Source: Alphaproteobacteria bacterium
GTDB taxonomy: Bacteria; Pseudomonadota; Alphaproteobacteria; MPNO01; UBA830
DNA: 64,000 nucleotides
Assembly: GCA_965243135.1 (NCBI GenBank)
Contig: OZ251539.1
Location: 1,856,001-1,920,000, forward strand
Reading direction: 5' to 3'
A program made the translations under genes and the position numbers. Within the stretch, counting starts at the first letter, position 1. Each line of letters starts with the position of its first letter. Of this stretch, positions 32,642 through 41,651 are shown piece by piece. Below the pieces are notes generated by a model. It did not search any database. It was given only the letters and a program-made list of their open reading frames with translations, and had not been told where the DNA came from.

Positions 32642-33302
32642 TTTATTTCAGACGCGCCGTGCCACGTTCTTGCCGGCTGCCGTCCGCTCGGCGCTCCGCT
32701 CTTCGCCTGACAGCCAGTTGTCACACGGATCATTTATAGGCACTCTCTCAAGCTTGAAGCGCAACATGCATGGCGGCCGACTGACCGTCCGCATGCAACG
32801 GAGAGGTCAGGCGGTCGATCTCCGTAAGCGTTCGCTACCCGGGATTTCGTCCGGGGACCGAACACGGGATCCTTCGCCCCTTTTGCTGCGACCGACGGAC
32901 GAGGGGCTTTGTCGCCGGCAACGGCCCTCCGGCGACGGGACGAGGCGCGCAGGAAGCGGAAACGTCGCGCGGAGGCAGGTCAGCAGGCGACGGTCCGGAA
33001 AACGCAGCACGGTCGGGCGCGGGGCCGAGGCGGCGCGCAACGAGCTGAAACGCCTGAAGTCCGCCTCTTCGGTGAACGGGCTTGAGCGGGAAGCGGGCCG
33101 CCTTCGGCACGATCTTGCGAGGCCGGGGAAGCGACTCGACGAGACCGAACGCGAGAACGCCCGCCTGCGGACGCGCCGCGAGTTCCCGGTCAGGACGCGG
33201 CCTCCGGGAATCCGCCCGTTCGACCGCGGAGAGGCCGCGCCGGCGGCCCCACGAACGAAACGCGCAGGGGGACCGCACCGGTCAACCGCAACAGGAGCAG
33301 AG

Positions 33303-34655
33303 ATGCGACCGCAGATGAAACTCGGCATGTTCTATTGGCCTTGCGGCCACCACATTGCCGCATGGCGCCATCCCGACGCGTTCGCCGATTCCGGCGCCAA
33401 CGTCCAACACCTCGTCGACCTCGCCAAACTTTCGGAACGCGGCCTGTTCGACATGTTCTTCATGGCCGACAGCGTCACCTTCTGGCGCGGCGATCTCGAC
33501 TCCATGATTCGGGATTCCTACGGCGCCTGGATAGAACCGTTCACTCTCATGTGCACCCTGGCTCAGCACACGAGGCATCTCGGCCTCGTCTGCACCGCGA
33601 CGGCGACCTACGACCAGCCTTATTCGCTTGCGCGCCGTTTCGCCTCGCTCGATCTGGCCAGCGGGGGCCGCGCCGGATGGAACCTGGTGACGAGCGGCAA
33701 CAAGTTGGAGGCGGATAGTTTCGGGTTGACCGAACACGTCGAGAAGTCGGCCCGTTACCGGCGGGCGGGAGAGTTCGCTCACGCGGTGCGCGGACTCTGG
33801 AACTCTTGGGACGACGGCGCCTTCCTGCGCGACAAGGACGCCGGGGTCTATTACGACCGCGACAAGATCCGGATTCTGGAATACGAGGGCGAGTTTCTGC
33901 GCTGTCGCGGTCCACTCAACGTGCCGCCGTCGCCGCAGGGCGAACCGGTTCTCGTTCAGGCCGGCGCGTCCGAGGACGGCCGCGAACTGGCCGCCGCCAC
34001 GGCCGAGGTCGTGTTCGGAGCCGCGCAGACCATCGACTACGCGCAAGCGTTTTATTCGGACGTGAAGGGCCGCATGTCGACTTACGGCCGCGACCCGGAC
34101 AGCCTGAAAATCATGCCCGGCCTGTCGGTCAACGTGGGGAGCACCAGATCCGAAGCGGAAGCCAAATTCGAGGAGCTTCAGGATCTCATCGATCCGACGA
34201 CGGGGTTGGCGTTGCTGTCGCAGCGACTGGATTACGATCTCTCCGGCTACGACGTGGACGATCCGTTTCCGGACATTCCGGCGACCGGCGGCAGCCGCGC
34301 CGAAATCCTTATCGGAACCGCCCGCTCCAACGACATGACCATCAAGGATCTGTACCGCCACATCGCCGGCGCGCGGGGCCATTACCAGATCAACGGGACG
34401 CCCGGGGACATCGCCGACATGATGGAGGAATGGGTGACCGAGGCCGCCTGCGACGGCTTCAACATCATGCCTCCTCTCTATCCCAACGGCCTGGAGGACT
34501 TTATCGAGATGGTCGTGCCGGAACTGCAGCGCCGCGGCTTGTACCGGACCCGATACGAAGCGACGACGCTGCGCGGCAATCTCGGCCTGGAGCGTCCGCC
34601 GTGGCCCCCGCCTGCGGACGATGCGAACGCCGCGAGAAACCCGCGGACAGCCTGA
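33303..34655 (+). CDS. NtaA/DmoA/SoxA-family FMN-dependent monooxygenase
   Basis: AWRHPDA, ERGLFDMFFMAD, GRAGWNLVTS, QAGASEDGR, VVPELQRRG; AGGAG RBS. Confidence 0.92.
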   Translation: MRPQMKLGMFYWPCGHHIAAWRHPDAFADSGANVQHLVDLAKLSERGLFDMFFMADSVTFWRGDLDSMIRDSYGAWIEPFTLMCTLAQHTRHLGLVCTATATYDQPYSLARRFASLDLASGGRAGWNLVTSGNKLEADSFGLTEHVEKSARYRRAGEFAHAVRGLWNSWDDGAFLRDKDAGVYYDRDKIRILEYEGEFLRCRGPLNVPPSPQGEPVLVQAGASEDGRELAAATAEVVFGAAQTIDYAQAFYSDVKGRMSTYGRDPDSLKIMPGLSVNVGSTRSEAEAKFEELQDLIDPTTGLALLSQRLDYDLSGYDVDDPFPDIPATGGSRAEILIGTARSNDMTIKDLYRHIAGARGHYQINGTPGDIADMMEEWVTEAACDGFNIMPPLYPNGLEDFIEMVVPELQRRGLYRTRYEATTLRGNLGLERPPWPPPADDANAARNPRTA

Positions 34656-34951
34656 AGCGGAAGATCAGCGCGCTCCGGCAAGCCGACCGCCTGGCCGCAC
34701 GATGTCGTTTCCGCCACTCGCCCGCCTCGGGCACGCGGCGAGCGGCCGATCCCGCTTCTTCCGCGCCGCGGGCGCCGGGAAGCTCCCGGAACCTTCCGAT
34801 CCCTGGTCCCCGGCGAATGCGCCGACGGCGACCTCCCAATGGTTAGCCGGAAGCTTCTTCAGCCGAACGGTCGATTTTCGGGAACCGTCGCGGACGAAAA
34901 GGCCGGTCGGGAGCGCGCGTAATCAACGGGGTCGCTGGAATCCGGCGGCGC

Positions 34952-36145
34952 TCAGGCCAGGCTGCGCGCTTTTTCGAGCGCGGCGATCATCGACGACTGC
35001 AGAAGGTATTCTCTCGCCCGCACGGGATCGGCCGCCGTTCGCCGAAGTTCGCCGTGCCTGGCGTCGCGCGCCGCGGCGTCGTTTTCCTCCAGCAGCGCTT
35101 TATTTCGCATGGTGGCGTGCTGAACGTATTCGACCGCGATCGGACGGCGTTGCGCATCGTAGCGATCGAACTCGCGTTCGTCCGCCCGGCCGTGCCACAC
35201 GGCCGCCAACTTCTCGCAAAGGTTGACCGCGTCGTGAATGCCGCCGTTCATTCCCATCCCGCCGAGCGGATTGTTGATGTGGGCGGAGTCGCCCGCGAGA
35301 AACACCCGGCCCTTGCGATAGGCTTCGGCGACTCGCTGGTGCACGGCGTAAGCGGTGCGATGACAGGTCTCGTATCCGCTTTCTTTCGGACAGACCTCGC
35401 GCATGCGCGCCTGAACGGTCGTTTCCGAAACCAGCGATTCGGCGGTCTCGCCGGGGCGCGACGGCATCAGCAGCCGCCACATTCCCGGAACTCGCACGAA
35501 GACGAACCAGAACTCCGGATCGGCGACGTATGCGATGGGCGCGAGGTTCTCGAAATGGTTCTCGAACGGGTATTCCGTGCTCGTGCACAGCCACAGCTCG
35601 GGAAAGGTCAGGCCGGGAAACTCGATTCCCTGCCCGATCCGTATCGCGCTCGAGGCGCCGTCGGCCGCGACGAGGTAACGGCCTCTCAGCGTTTCAGGAC
35701 CGTTCGGCCCGTCGACGGCAAGGGATACGCCGTCGTCGTCCTGACTGGCCGCCGCCGCCCGAACGCCGAAACGCAAATCCACGAGATCCCGCTTCCGAAG
35801 CTCGTCGACGACGATCCCGGTAAGCTTGTACTGTTCGCACTGCACCCGGTACGGATGCCGCGTGTCGTTGCGCAGCAGGCCGAGGTCCCATTCCGCGATC
35901 ACCCCTTGCCTCGCGTCGCGGTATTGCCAGACGGGGCAGACGATCCCGGCTTCGAGCAGCCCGCCGGCCACGCCGAGATCGTCGAGCATGTCCAGCGTCG
36001 GAGGATGGAACGTGGACGCGCGCAGGTCCGCCGGCAATTCGGCGCACGCCTCGACCAGGGTGACGGGAATTCCGCTCTGCGAGAGACAAAGCGCGGCGAC
36101 GCAGCCGACGGGCCCGGCTCCTGCGACGAGAACGCGATCAGGCAT
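34952..36145 (-). CDS. FAD-dependent monooxygenase (MhpA/PheA-like)
   Basis: GAGPVG, ADGASS, GDSAHINNPLGGMGMNGGIHDA. Confidence 0.92.
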   Translation of the reverse strand: MPDRVLVAGAGPVGCVAALCLSQSGIPVTLVEACAELPADLRASTFHPPTLDMLDDLGVAGGLLEAGIVCPVWQYRDARQGVIAEWDLGLLRNDTRHPYRVQCEQYKLTGIVVDELRKRDLVDLRFGVRAAAASQDDDGVSLAVDGPNGPETLRGRYLVAADGASSAIRIGQGIEFPGLTFPELWLCTSTEYPFENHFENLAPIAYVADPEFWFVFVRVPGMWRLLMPSRPGETAESLVSETTVQARMREVCPKESGYETCHRTAYAVHQRVAEAYRKGRVFLAGDSAHINNPLGGMGMNGGIHDAVNLCEKLAAVWHGRADEREFDRYDAQRRPIAVEYVQHATMRNKALLEENDAAARDARHGELRRTAADPVRAREYLLQSSMIAALEKARSLA

Positions 36146-36150
36146 GCGAA

Positions 36151-36561
36151 CTACAGTTCGCCTTCCTTCTCCGCCTGATCGAGCGCTTCCCGAGCGCTTC
36201 TGAAGGCGTCCACTCCGGCCGGAACGCCGCAGTAGACCGTCGCATGCGCGAGCGTGTCCCTGATTTCCTCGAGCGTGCAGCCGTTTCTCAGCGCTCCGCG
36301 CGTATGCGTTTTCAACTCCTGCATTTTTCCCAGCGCCGTCAGAATCGCGAGATTCAGCAGGCTTCGGGTCTTGTGGTCCAACGTCTCGTTCGTCCACGCG
36401 CCGCCCCAGCAATGCTCCGTCACCATCGTCTGGATCACGCCGGTGAACGGATCCGTCTCGGCGCGCTCGATCTGGGGATCGACGTATTCGGCGCCGAGCA
36501 CCTTCCTTCTTACCGCAAGTCCCGCTTCGTAAAGGTTCCGATCTACGGGTTCGATCGCCAT
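36151..36561 (-). CDS. Carboxymuconolactone decarboxylase family protein
   Basis: RRKVLGAEYV, HTRGALRNG, YCGVPAG. Confidence 0.9.
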   Translation of the reverse strand: MAIEPVDRNLYEAGLAVRRKVLGAEYVDPQIERAETDPFTGVIQTMVTEHCWGGAWTNETLDHKTRSLLNLAILTALGKMQELKTHTRGALRNGCTLEEIRDTLAHATVYCGVPAGVDAFRSAREALDQAEKEGEL

Positions 36562-36572
36562 TTCGCTTCTCC

Positions 36573-37241
36573 TTAGGATGTCGGCGCGAAGTCCGCTGCC
36601 GCGGATTCGCCCTTGTGATAGCGCTTTCCGAAGCGCCGGTAACGGACAGTATGCCGCGCTCGCCCGCCGCCGCGCGCGAGTCGGCGGCGCCGTTCCAGCG
36701 CGAACGGCGGCCCCTCCTCCTCGACATAGTGAAGAACCATGTGCGTGAACGGCTCCGGATTGGCGTCGACGATGCGAAGGTAACGAATCATCCGCCAATC
36801 GGCGTCGCGGAACAGCGCCGGCGCGTGTTCGCCTTCGCACCAGTCGACGAAGGAGGCTTCGTTGGAAACCGCGAAGAAGCCGGCGAGAATGTCGCTGGCG
36901 GACAGCGGATCCTCGCACGCCTCGCGGACGCGGAAACCGATTTCCTCCCCGACGTAGCGCGTGAACCCCGCAACGGAGGAAAGCATGTTCCTGGTCGGCG
37001 AGTCCGGCGCGTACTTCCTGCTTCGGTATTCGGGATCGGCAAGCGCCGCCGGCGATTCGAGTTCGTAGACGGCGAGGTACCGGGATTCGTCCTTGTAGCG
37101 TTGTCCGGAAACGAAACCGGGAACGCCGTAGACGTGACTGGGCATATGGTGATCGAAGTACCAGCGGTTGAAGCGGTCCTCGGCGCCGTCCGGCGGCGTC
37201 ATCTGCGAGAACAAAACGGCCGCGCCCTTGAGAGCGAGCAT
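36573..37241 (-). CDS. EthD/DUF4286-like dimeric alpha-beta barrel protein
   Basis: FNRWYFDHHMP...VPGFVSGQRY...YLAVYEL, with a second similar domain; coupled to the upstream stop. Confidence 0.7.
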   Translation of the reverse strand: MLALKGAAVLFSQMTPPDGAEDRFNRWYFDHHMPSHVYGVPGFVSGQRYKDESRYLAVYELESPAALADPEYRSRKYAPDSPTRNMLSSVAGFTRYVGEEIGFRVREACEDPLSASDILAGFFAVSNEASFVDWCEGEHAPALFRDADWRMIRYLRIVDANPEPFTHMVLHYVEEEGPPFALERRRRLARGGGRARHTVRYRRFGKRYHKGESAAADFAPTS

Positions 37242-38578
37242 CAGATCCGCCTGCAAGCCGCGTCCAGCGCCCGGACGGTGTCCTCCAGATCCTGGTCGGT
37301 GTGAACGGCCGAAACGAACCGGCGCACGTTGGGCAGGACGTACAGTCCCTCCGCCAACTGGCCCAGGTCGAGCGCGCGGGCGGCCGCCATGTCCGAATGC
37401 ACGACGTCCGCATGGTTCGCCGGCGGGCGGTCCATGAACAGGATCTGCCAGAACGACGCCCGGCCGGCCGCGATCGCCGGGACGCGGTTGCGGTCGAGAA
37501 CCTGCTGGCAGGCCCGGCAGACATCGTCCGCCCGCGCATGAAGATCGGCGTAAAACGACGGTTCTTCGACCTCGTCGAGCGTGGCCAGCGCCGCCGCCGC
37601 GCCGACCGGATTGCCGTGCATCGTGCCGTTGACGTGCGCGTAGTCGGCGTTGCCCCGGTTGCGCGGGTTCATCAAGTCGACGAGCGCCGCCCTGCCGGCG
37701 ACGCATCCGAGCGCGCCGCCGCCGCCGACGATCTTGCCGTAACTCGCGAGATCGGGCATCACCCCGAAGTATTCCTGCGCGCCGCCGAGCGCCAGACGGA
37801 AGCCGGTCACCACTTCGTCGAAGATCAAGAGCACCTCGTTTTCGTCGCAGAGGCGGCGCAGACCCGCCAGGAACCCTTCTCGCGGGAAGACGATCCGTTG
37901 CACGGGCTCGACGATGACGGCGGCCAGATCCTCGCGGTGCTCCCGCAAGATCCGTCCGGCGGCTTCGAGATCGTTGTACGGAGCGACGAGAACGTTGTCG
38001 ATCATGTTCGCCGGCAAGCCGCCGGTTTCCGGCCTGCCTTGCGGATAGTTGGAAACGGCCGGGGCCGTGACGCTGAACTCCGCGTAGTCGTGATTGCCGT
38101 GATAAGCGCCCTCGAACTTGAGGATCTTGCTGCGGCCCGTGGCGGCGCGGGCCGCCCTGAGCGCATAGGCCGTCGCTTCGGAGCCGGTGGTGGTGAAAAC
38201 GATTCGCTCGGCGCACGGAATGAGGCGCTTCAACCTTTCCGCAAGCTGGAGGCATTGCTCGTTGACCATGCCGAAGAAATGAATTCCCCGCCCCGCCTGC
38301 TCCGCGACGGCTTCGACCACGGTCGGAAACGCGTGCCCGAGCACCAGGGCGCCCGCTCCGCCGACGTAATCGATGTACCAGCGCCCGCGGACGTCCTGGA
38401 CCCGCGATCCCTCTCCCTTGCTTATGACGAAACGCACGTCGTCGGGCAACGAATAGCTGCCCAGCCCGCCGCCGGGGAGGCTCTCGTCGGCAATGCCGAA
38501 ATAGGCGTCGTGCGCATCGTCCGATCGCGCGTCGTTCCTCGCGGCTTGATTCATTTCATGAAGTCCCGTGTCCGCCAT
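37241..38578 (-). CDS. Class III PLP aminotransferase (glutamate-1-semialdehyde aminomutase-like)
   Basis: TGSEAT, FEGAYHG, FDEVVTGFR, SYGKIVGGG, GTMHGNP. Confidence 0.92.
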   Translation of the reverse strand: MADTGLHEMNQAARNDARSDDAHDAYFGIADESLPGGGLGSYSLPDDVRFVISKGEGSRVQDVRGRWYIDYVGGAGALVLGHAFPTVVEAVAEQAGRGIHFFGMVNEQCLQLAERLKRLIPCAERIVFTTTGSEATAYALRAARAATGRSKILKFEGAYHGNHDYAEFSVTAPAVSNYPQGRPETGGLPANMIDNVLVAPYNDLEAAGRILREHREDLAAVIVEPVQRIVFPREGFLAGLRRLCDENEVLLIFDEVVTGFRLALGGAQEYFGVMPDLASYGKIVGGGGALGCVAGRAALVDLMNPRNRGNADYAHVNGTMHGNPVGAAAALATLDEVEEPSFYADLHARADDVCRACQQVLDRNRVPAIAAGRASFWQILFMDRPPANHADVVHSDMAAARALDLGQLAEGLYVLPNVRRFVSAVHTDQDLEDTVRALDAACRRI

Positions 38579-38724
38579 CCTCAACCCGGATGGCCCGGAG
38601 AGCTAATGCCAGAATATCGAAAAAATGGCGATTCGGCATCCCGGCATTCGTTGGGCCTCCGGCCTGATTTTTCGAACGTAGCCGAACGGTCGTCAAGCGC
38701 AGGGGCGTTCCGTCGCGGAAAAAT

Positions 38725-39339
38725 TCAGGGAAGGTCGGCCAGATGCCGAAGGAACTGCCGCATTTGCTGAACGTTGGCGTCCAGCATCGAGTTGTCCAGC
38801 CACCATTCGGCGTCCGGCCGCAATTTCTTTTGCGGCTTGTAATCCGGATCCCTGGTAACGGAACGAAACGTGGCCGTCCCGCTGTCGGTATCGACGATCA
38901 TGGCCTTCTTCCAATCGTCGTTGGGATCGGAAGCAACCACGAAAAACGGATCGGAGCCCCAGTCTTCGCTCGGCGCGGTCAGTATGCGCAGCCATTCCGC
39001 CTTGTCGGCGGCCGCCGTTTCGCTGGAAACGATGGTCTCGAAATTCGAATAACGGCGCGGGTCGAGATACTCGTCCTTCAATCCGCCTCGTTTCTCCATG
39101 TCGTTCATCATCTTGAGGGCGGTATCCGACGGAATATTCCAGAATTTTCCCTTCGCGAAATAAAATCGACGATTTGAACCTTTTTGGGAATAGCGCGTTC
39201 GCCAACTCAGAACCCACCAAGAATCTTCGACGTCGATCGGCTTCTTGACCTGCAGAGCCAGCTCGACGGGTACGCCGTTGACAGTCTCCGTAACCTCGAA
39301 CTTTTTTCTGTATGTCGTCGTCGAATCGAGCGATTTCAT
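38725..39339 (-). CDS. Hypothetical Trp-rich protein (204 aa), lower GC than its neighbours
   Basis: Open frame with natural composition; GGAG upstream; no motif recognised. Confidence 0.7.
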   Translation of the reverse strand: MKSLDSTTTYRKKFEVTETVNGVPVELALQVKKPIDVEDSWWVLSWRTRYSQKGSNRRFYFAKGKFWNIPSDTALKMMNDMEKRGGLKDEYLDPRRYSNFETIVSSETAAADKAEWLRILTAPSEDWGSDPFFVVASDPNDDWKKAMIVDTDSGTATFRSVTRDPDYKPQKKLRPDAEWWLDNSMLDANVQQMRQFLRHLADLP

Positions 39340-39468
39340 GTCTCTTGCTCCGTTTGTCGCCGAAACTGCCGACCGCTGCCGGAGTTCCCGGTTGCGGCGC
39401 CTTCCCTTTCCTTCCCGGGAGCGGGCGATCGCCCTGCGCTCCTGCATGCGCGCGGGCGCGGCGAAAGA

Positions 39469-41511
39469 TCATGCACTGCGATGGCAATCGAGCGAACCGG
39501 ATTCGCGAACCCGTAAATTCCAGTCGGGCGGCACGACCGAGGTGCCCCCTTCCTCCTCCACGATCGCCGGACCTTCGTAGCGCTCCCCGGCCTTCATTCC
39601 GGCACGGCTCAAGACCGGGCACTTCGTCCATCCGTCCCCGAACCAGACCGGCCGGGTTTCGATCAAGAGAGGCGCGCCGTCGTCCGCCGCGAAACCCAGC
39701 CTCGGCTTGTCGATCTTGCCCAACGAAACGAGCCGGACCGTCACCAGTTCGACCTCGTTGTGCCGGTCGGCGCGTCCGAACGTTCGTTCGTGGCGCTCAT
39801 GAAACGCCTCCGCGAGCATGGCCCAATCCGTCGCGGCGGGATCGCAAGGAATCATCAGCGTAAACGATTGGCCGACGTAACGCATGTCCACGGAAAAGGC
39901 ATGTTCGTGGCGGTCCTCCTCGATTCCGTCTTCCTTGAGCAATTCGGCCCCCTCGCGGCGCATCGCCTCCGCCAGCGACCGGAATTCCCCGAGATCGATC
40001 CGCGACAGGGGCCCGCCCCACGGGACGACGAAGTCGCGGCGGAGGTCGGCGAGAAGTTGCCCCAGAGCCGAAAGATGACCCGGAAAACGCGGCACGATCA
40101 CCCGCGGAATCATCAGCTCTTCCGCCACGAGAAAGACGTGCATCGGTCCGGCGCCGCCGAATCCCAGCAATGCGAAGTCGCGCGGGTCGAATCCCCGATG
40201 GACCGAGACCTCGCGCACCGCGCCCGCCATCTTCGACACGGCGATGCGCACGACGCCGTCCGCGAGTTCGACGGGAGATCCTCCGCCGATGGCCGGATTG
40301 CGGGCCAGATTTTCGTAAGCCTCGAGCGCCAGCTCCTTCGACAGCCGCAATCCGCCGGCCAGCGGTCGCTCGGACGAAAGGCGCCCCAGCAGGAGATTCG
40401 CGTCCGAGATCGTCGGCTCGGCGCCGCCCCTCCCGTAGCAGGCCGGGCCGGGAACCGCTCCCGCGCTTCGCGGGCCGGCGTCCAGCGCGCCGTCCGGCTG
40501 TATCCAGGCGATCGAGCCTCCGCCCGCGCCGATCGTGTTTATGTCCGACTGCGGAATCTGCAATGGATAGGCATCGATTTGATTGGCGTGGCTGATCCTC
40601 GGTTCCAACCGGTGAATCAACGCTACGTCGGTGCTGGTCCCGCCCATGTCGAAAGTGATGCAATCGTCGATTCCGGCCATGCGGCAGACTTCCACCGCCC
40701 CGCCGACGCCGCCCACCGGACCGGATAGAAAGGTTCCCGCGGCGAAGCCGGCGGCGCGCTCGAGCGTCATCGCGCCGCCGTTGGACCCCATGATGCTGAC
40801 CGGAGCGGTTACGCCCTGCGCGCCGAGTTCGCTTGCGAGGGCGTCGAGATAATCGACGATCACCGGCGTCAGGTAGGCGTTGAGCACGCAAGTGGAAAAG
40901 CGCTCGAACTCTCCCTTCTCCCGCACGACCTCGGTGGACGCGCATATCGGCAGGTCGCCCGCCAATTTCCTCAGTTCGGCAACCGCCCGGCGTTCGTTCT
41001 CGTCGTTGCGATAGGCGTTGACGAACGCGATGGCGACGGCCGCGACGCCGCCCGCGCGAAGCCGTTCGGCGACGGGCGCGAAGTCGATATCGTCCGCTCC
41101 GGCCAACACCGTTCCGTCGGCGGCGACGCGTTCCGGGACCTCCAGGCGCAGATCGCGATCCACGAGCGGGCGCGGGCGCGCGAACCTTATGTCGAACAGC
41201 CCGCCGATCAGCCGCCGCGTCCTGCCGATTTCGAGAGCGTCGCGAAAGCCTTCCGTCGTAATCAGCCCGGTCTTCGCCCCCTTCCGCTCCAGCAACGCGT
41301 TCGTCGCGATCGTGGTGCCGTGGACGAAGGCGCGGATGTCGCGCCGGTCGACGCCGAGTCGATCGAGAGCGGCGAGCACGCCTTTCCACTGGCTCCCCGG
41401 AATCGACGGAACCTTCTCCGAGGACAACGCCTCGGTTTCGAGGTCGAGACAAAGGAGATCCGTAAAGGTGCCGCCCACGTCGACGCCTATGCGGAAACGT
41501 TCGCTGCTCAT
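39469..41511 (-). CDS. Hydantoinase A / 5-oxoprolinase family protein
   Basis: DVGGTFTD, HGTTIATNAL, SGPVGG, DMGGTSTD, GAGGGS. Confidence 0.93.
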   Translation of the reverse strand: MSSERFRIGVDVGGTFTDLLCLDLETEALSSEKVPSIPGSQWKGVLAALDRLGVDRRDIRAFVHGTTIATNALLERKGAKTGLITTEGFRDALEIGRTRRLIGGLFDIRFARPRPLVDRDLRLEVPERVAADGTVLAGADDIDFAPVAERLRAGGVAAVAIAFVNAYRNDENERRAVAELRKLAGDLPICASTEVVREKGEFERFSTCVLNAYLTPVIVDYLDALASELGAQGVTAPVSIMGSNGGAMTLERAAGFAAGTFLSGPVGGVGGAVEVCRMAGIDDCITFDMGGTSTDVALIHRLEPRISHANQIDAYPLQIPQSDINTIGAGGGSIAWIQPDGALDAGPRSAGAVPGPACYGRGGAEPTISDANLLLGRLSSERPLAGGLRLSKELALEAYENLARNPAIGGGSPVELADGVVRIAVSKMAGAVREVSVHRGFDPRDFALLGFGGAGPMHVFLVAEELMIPRVIVPRFPGHLSALGQLLADLRRDFVVPWGGPLSRIDLGEFRSLAEAMRREGAELLKEDGIEEDRHEHAFSVDMRYVGQSFTLMIPCDPAATDWAMLAEAFHERHERTFGRADRHNEVELVTVRLVSLGKIDKPRLGFAADDGAPLLIETRPVWFGDGWTKCPVLSRAGMKAGERYEGPAIVEEEGGTSVVPPDWNLRVRESGSLDCHRSA

Positions 41512-41651
41512 CGATTGACTGTGCGCATTCCTTCGCGGCCGCCCCGAGGGGCGAACGGGGCGGAGCTTAACCCATGCGGGCGCCCGCCGCCATGGCCTTG
41601 CCTTGTCCGCCTGCGGGCGGAGCGCTTCTTTCTCGAGCGGCGGTCCGCGTC

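Noticed and set aside
32670-33300. Coiled-coil-like stretch (LEREAGRLRHDL...ERENARLR) as a transposase relic or N-terminal domain of the monooxygenase
   Set aside because: No catalytic motif or IS ends recognised, and the monooxygenase has its own RBS and ATG at 33303.
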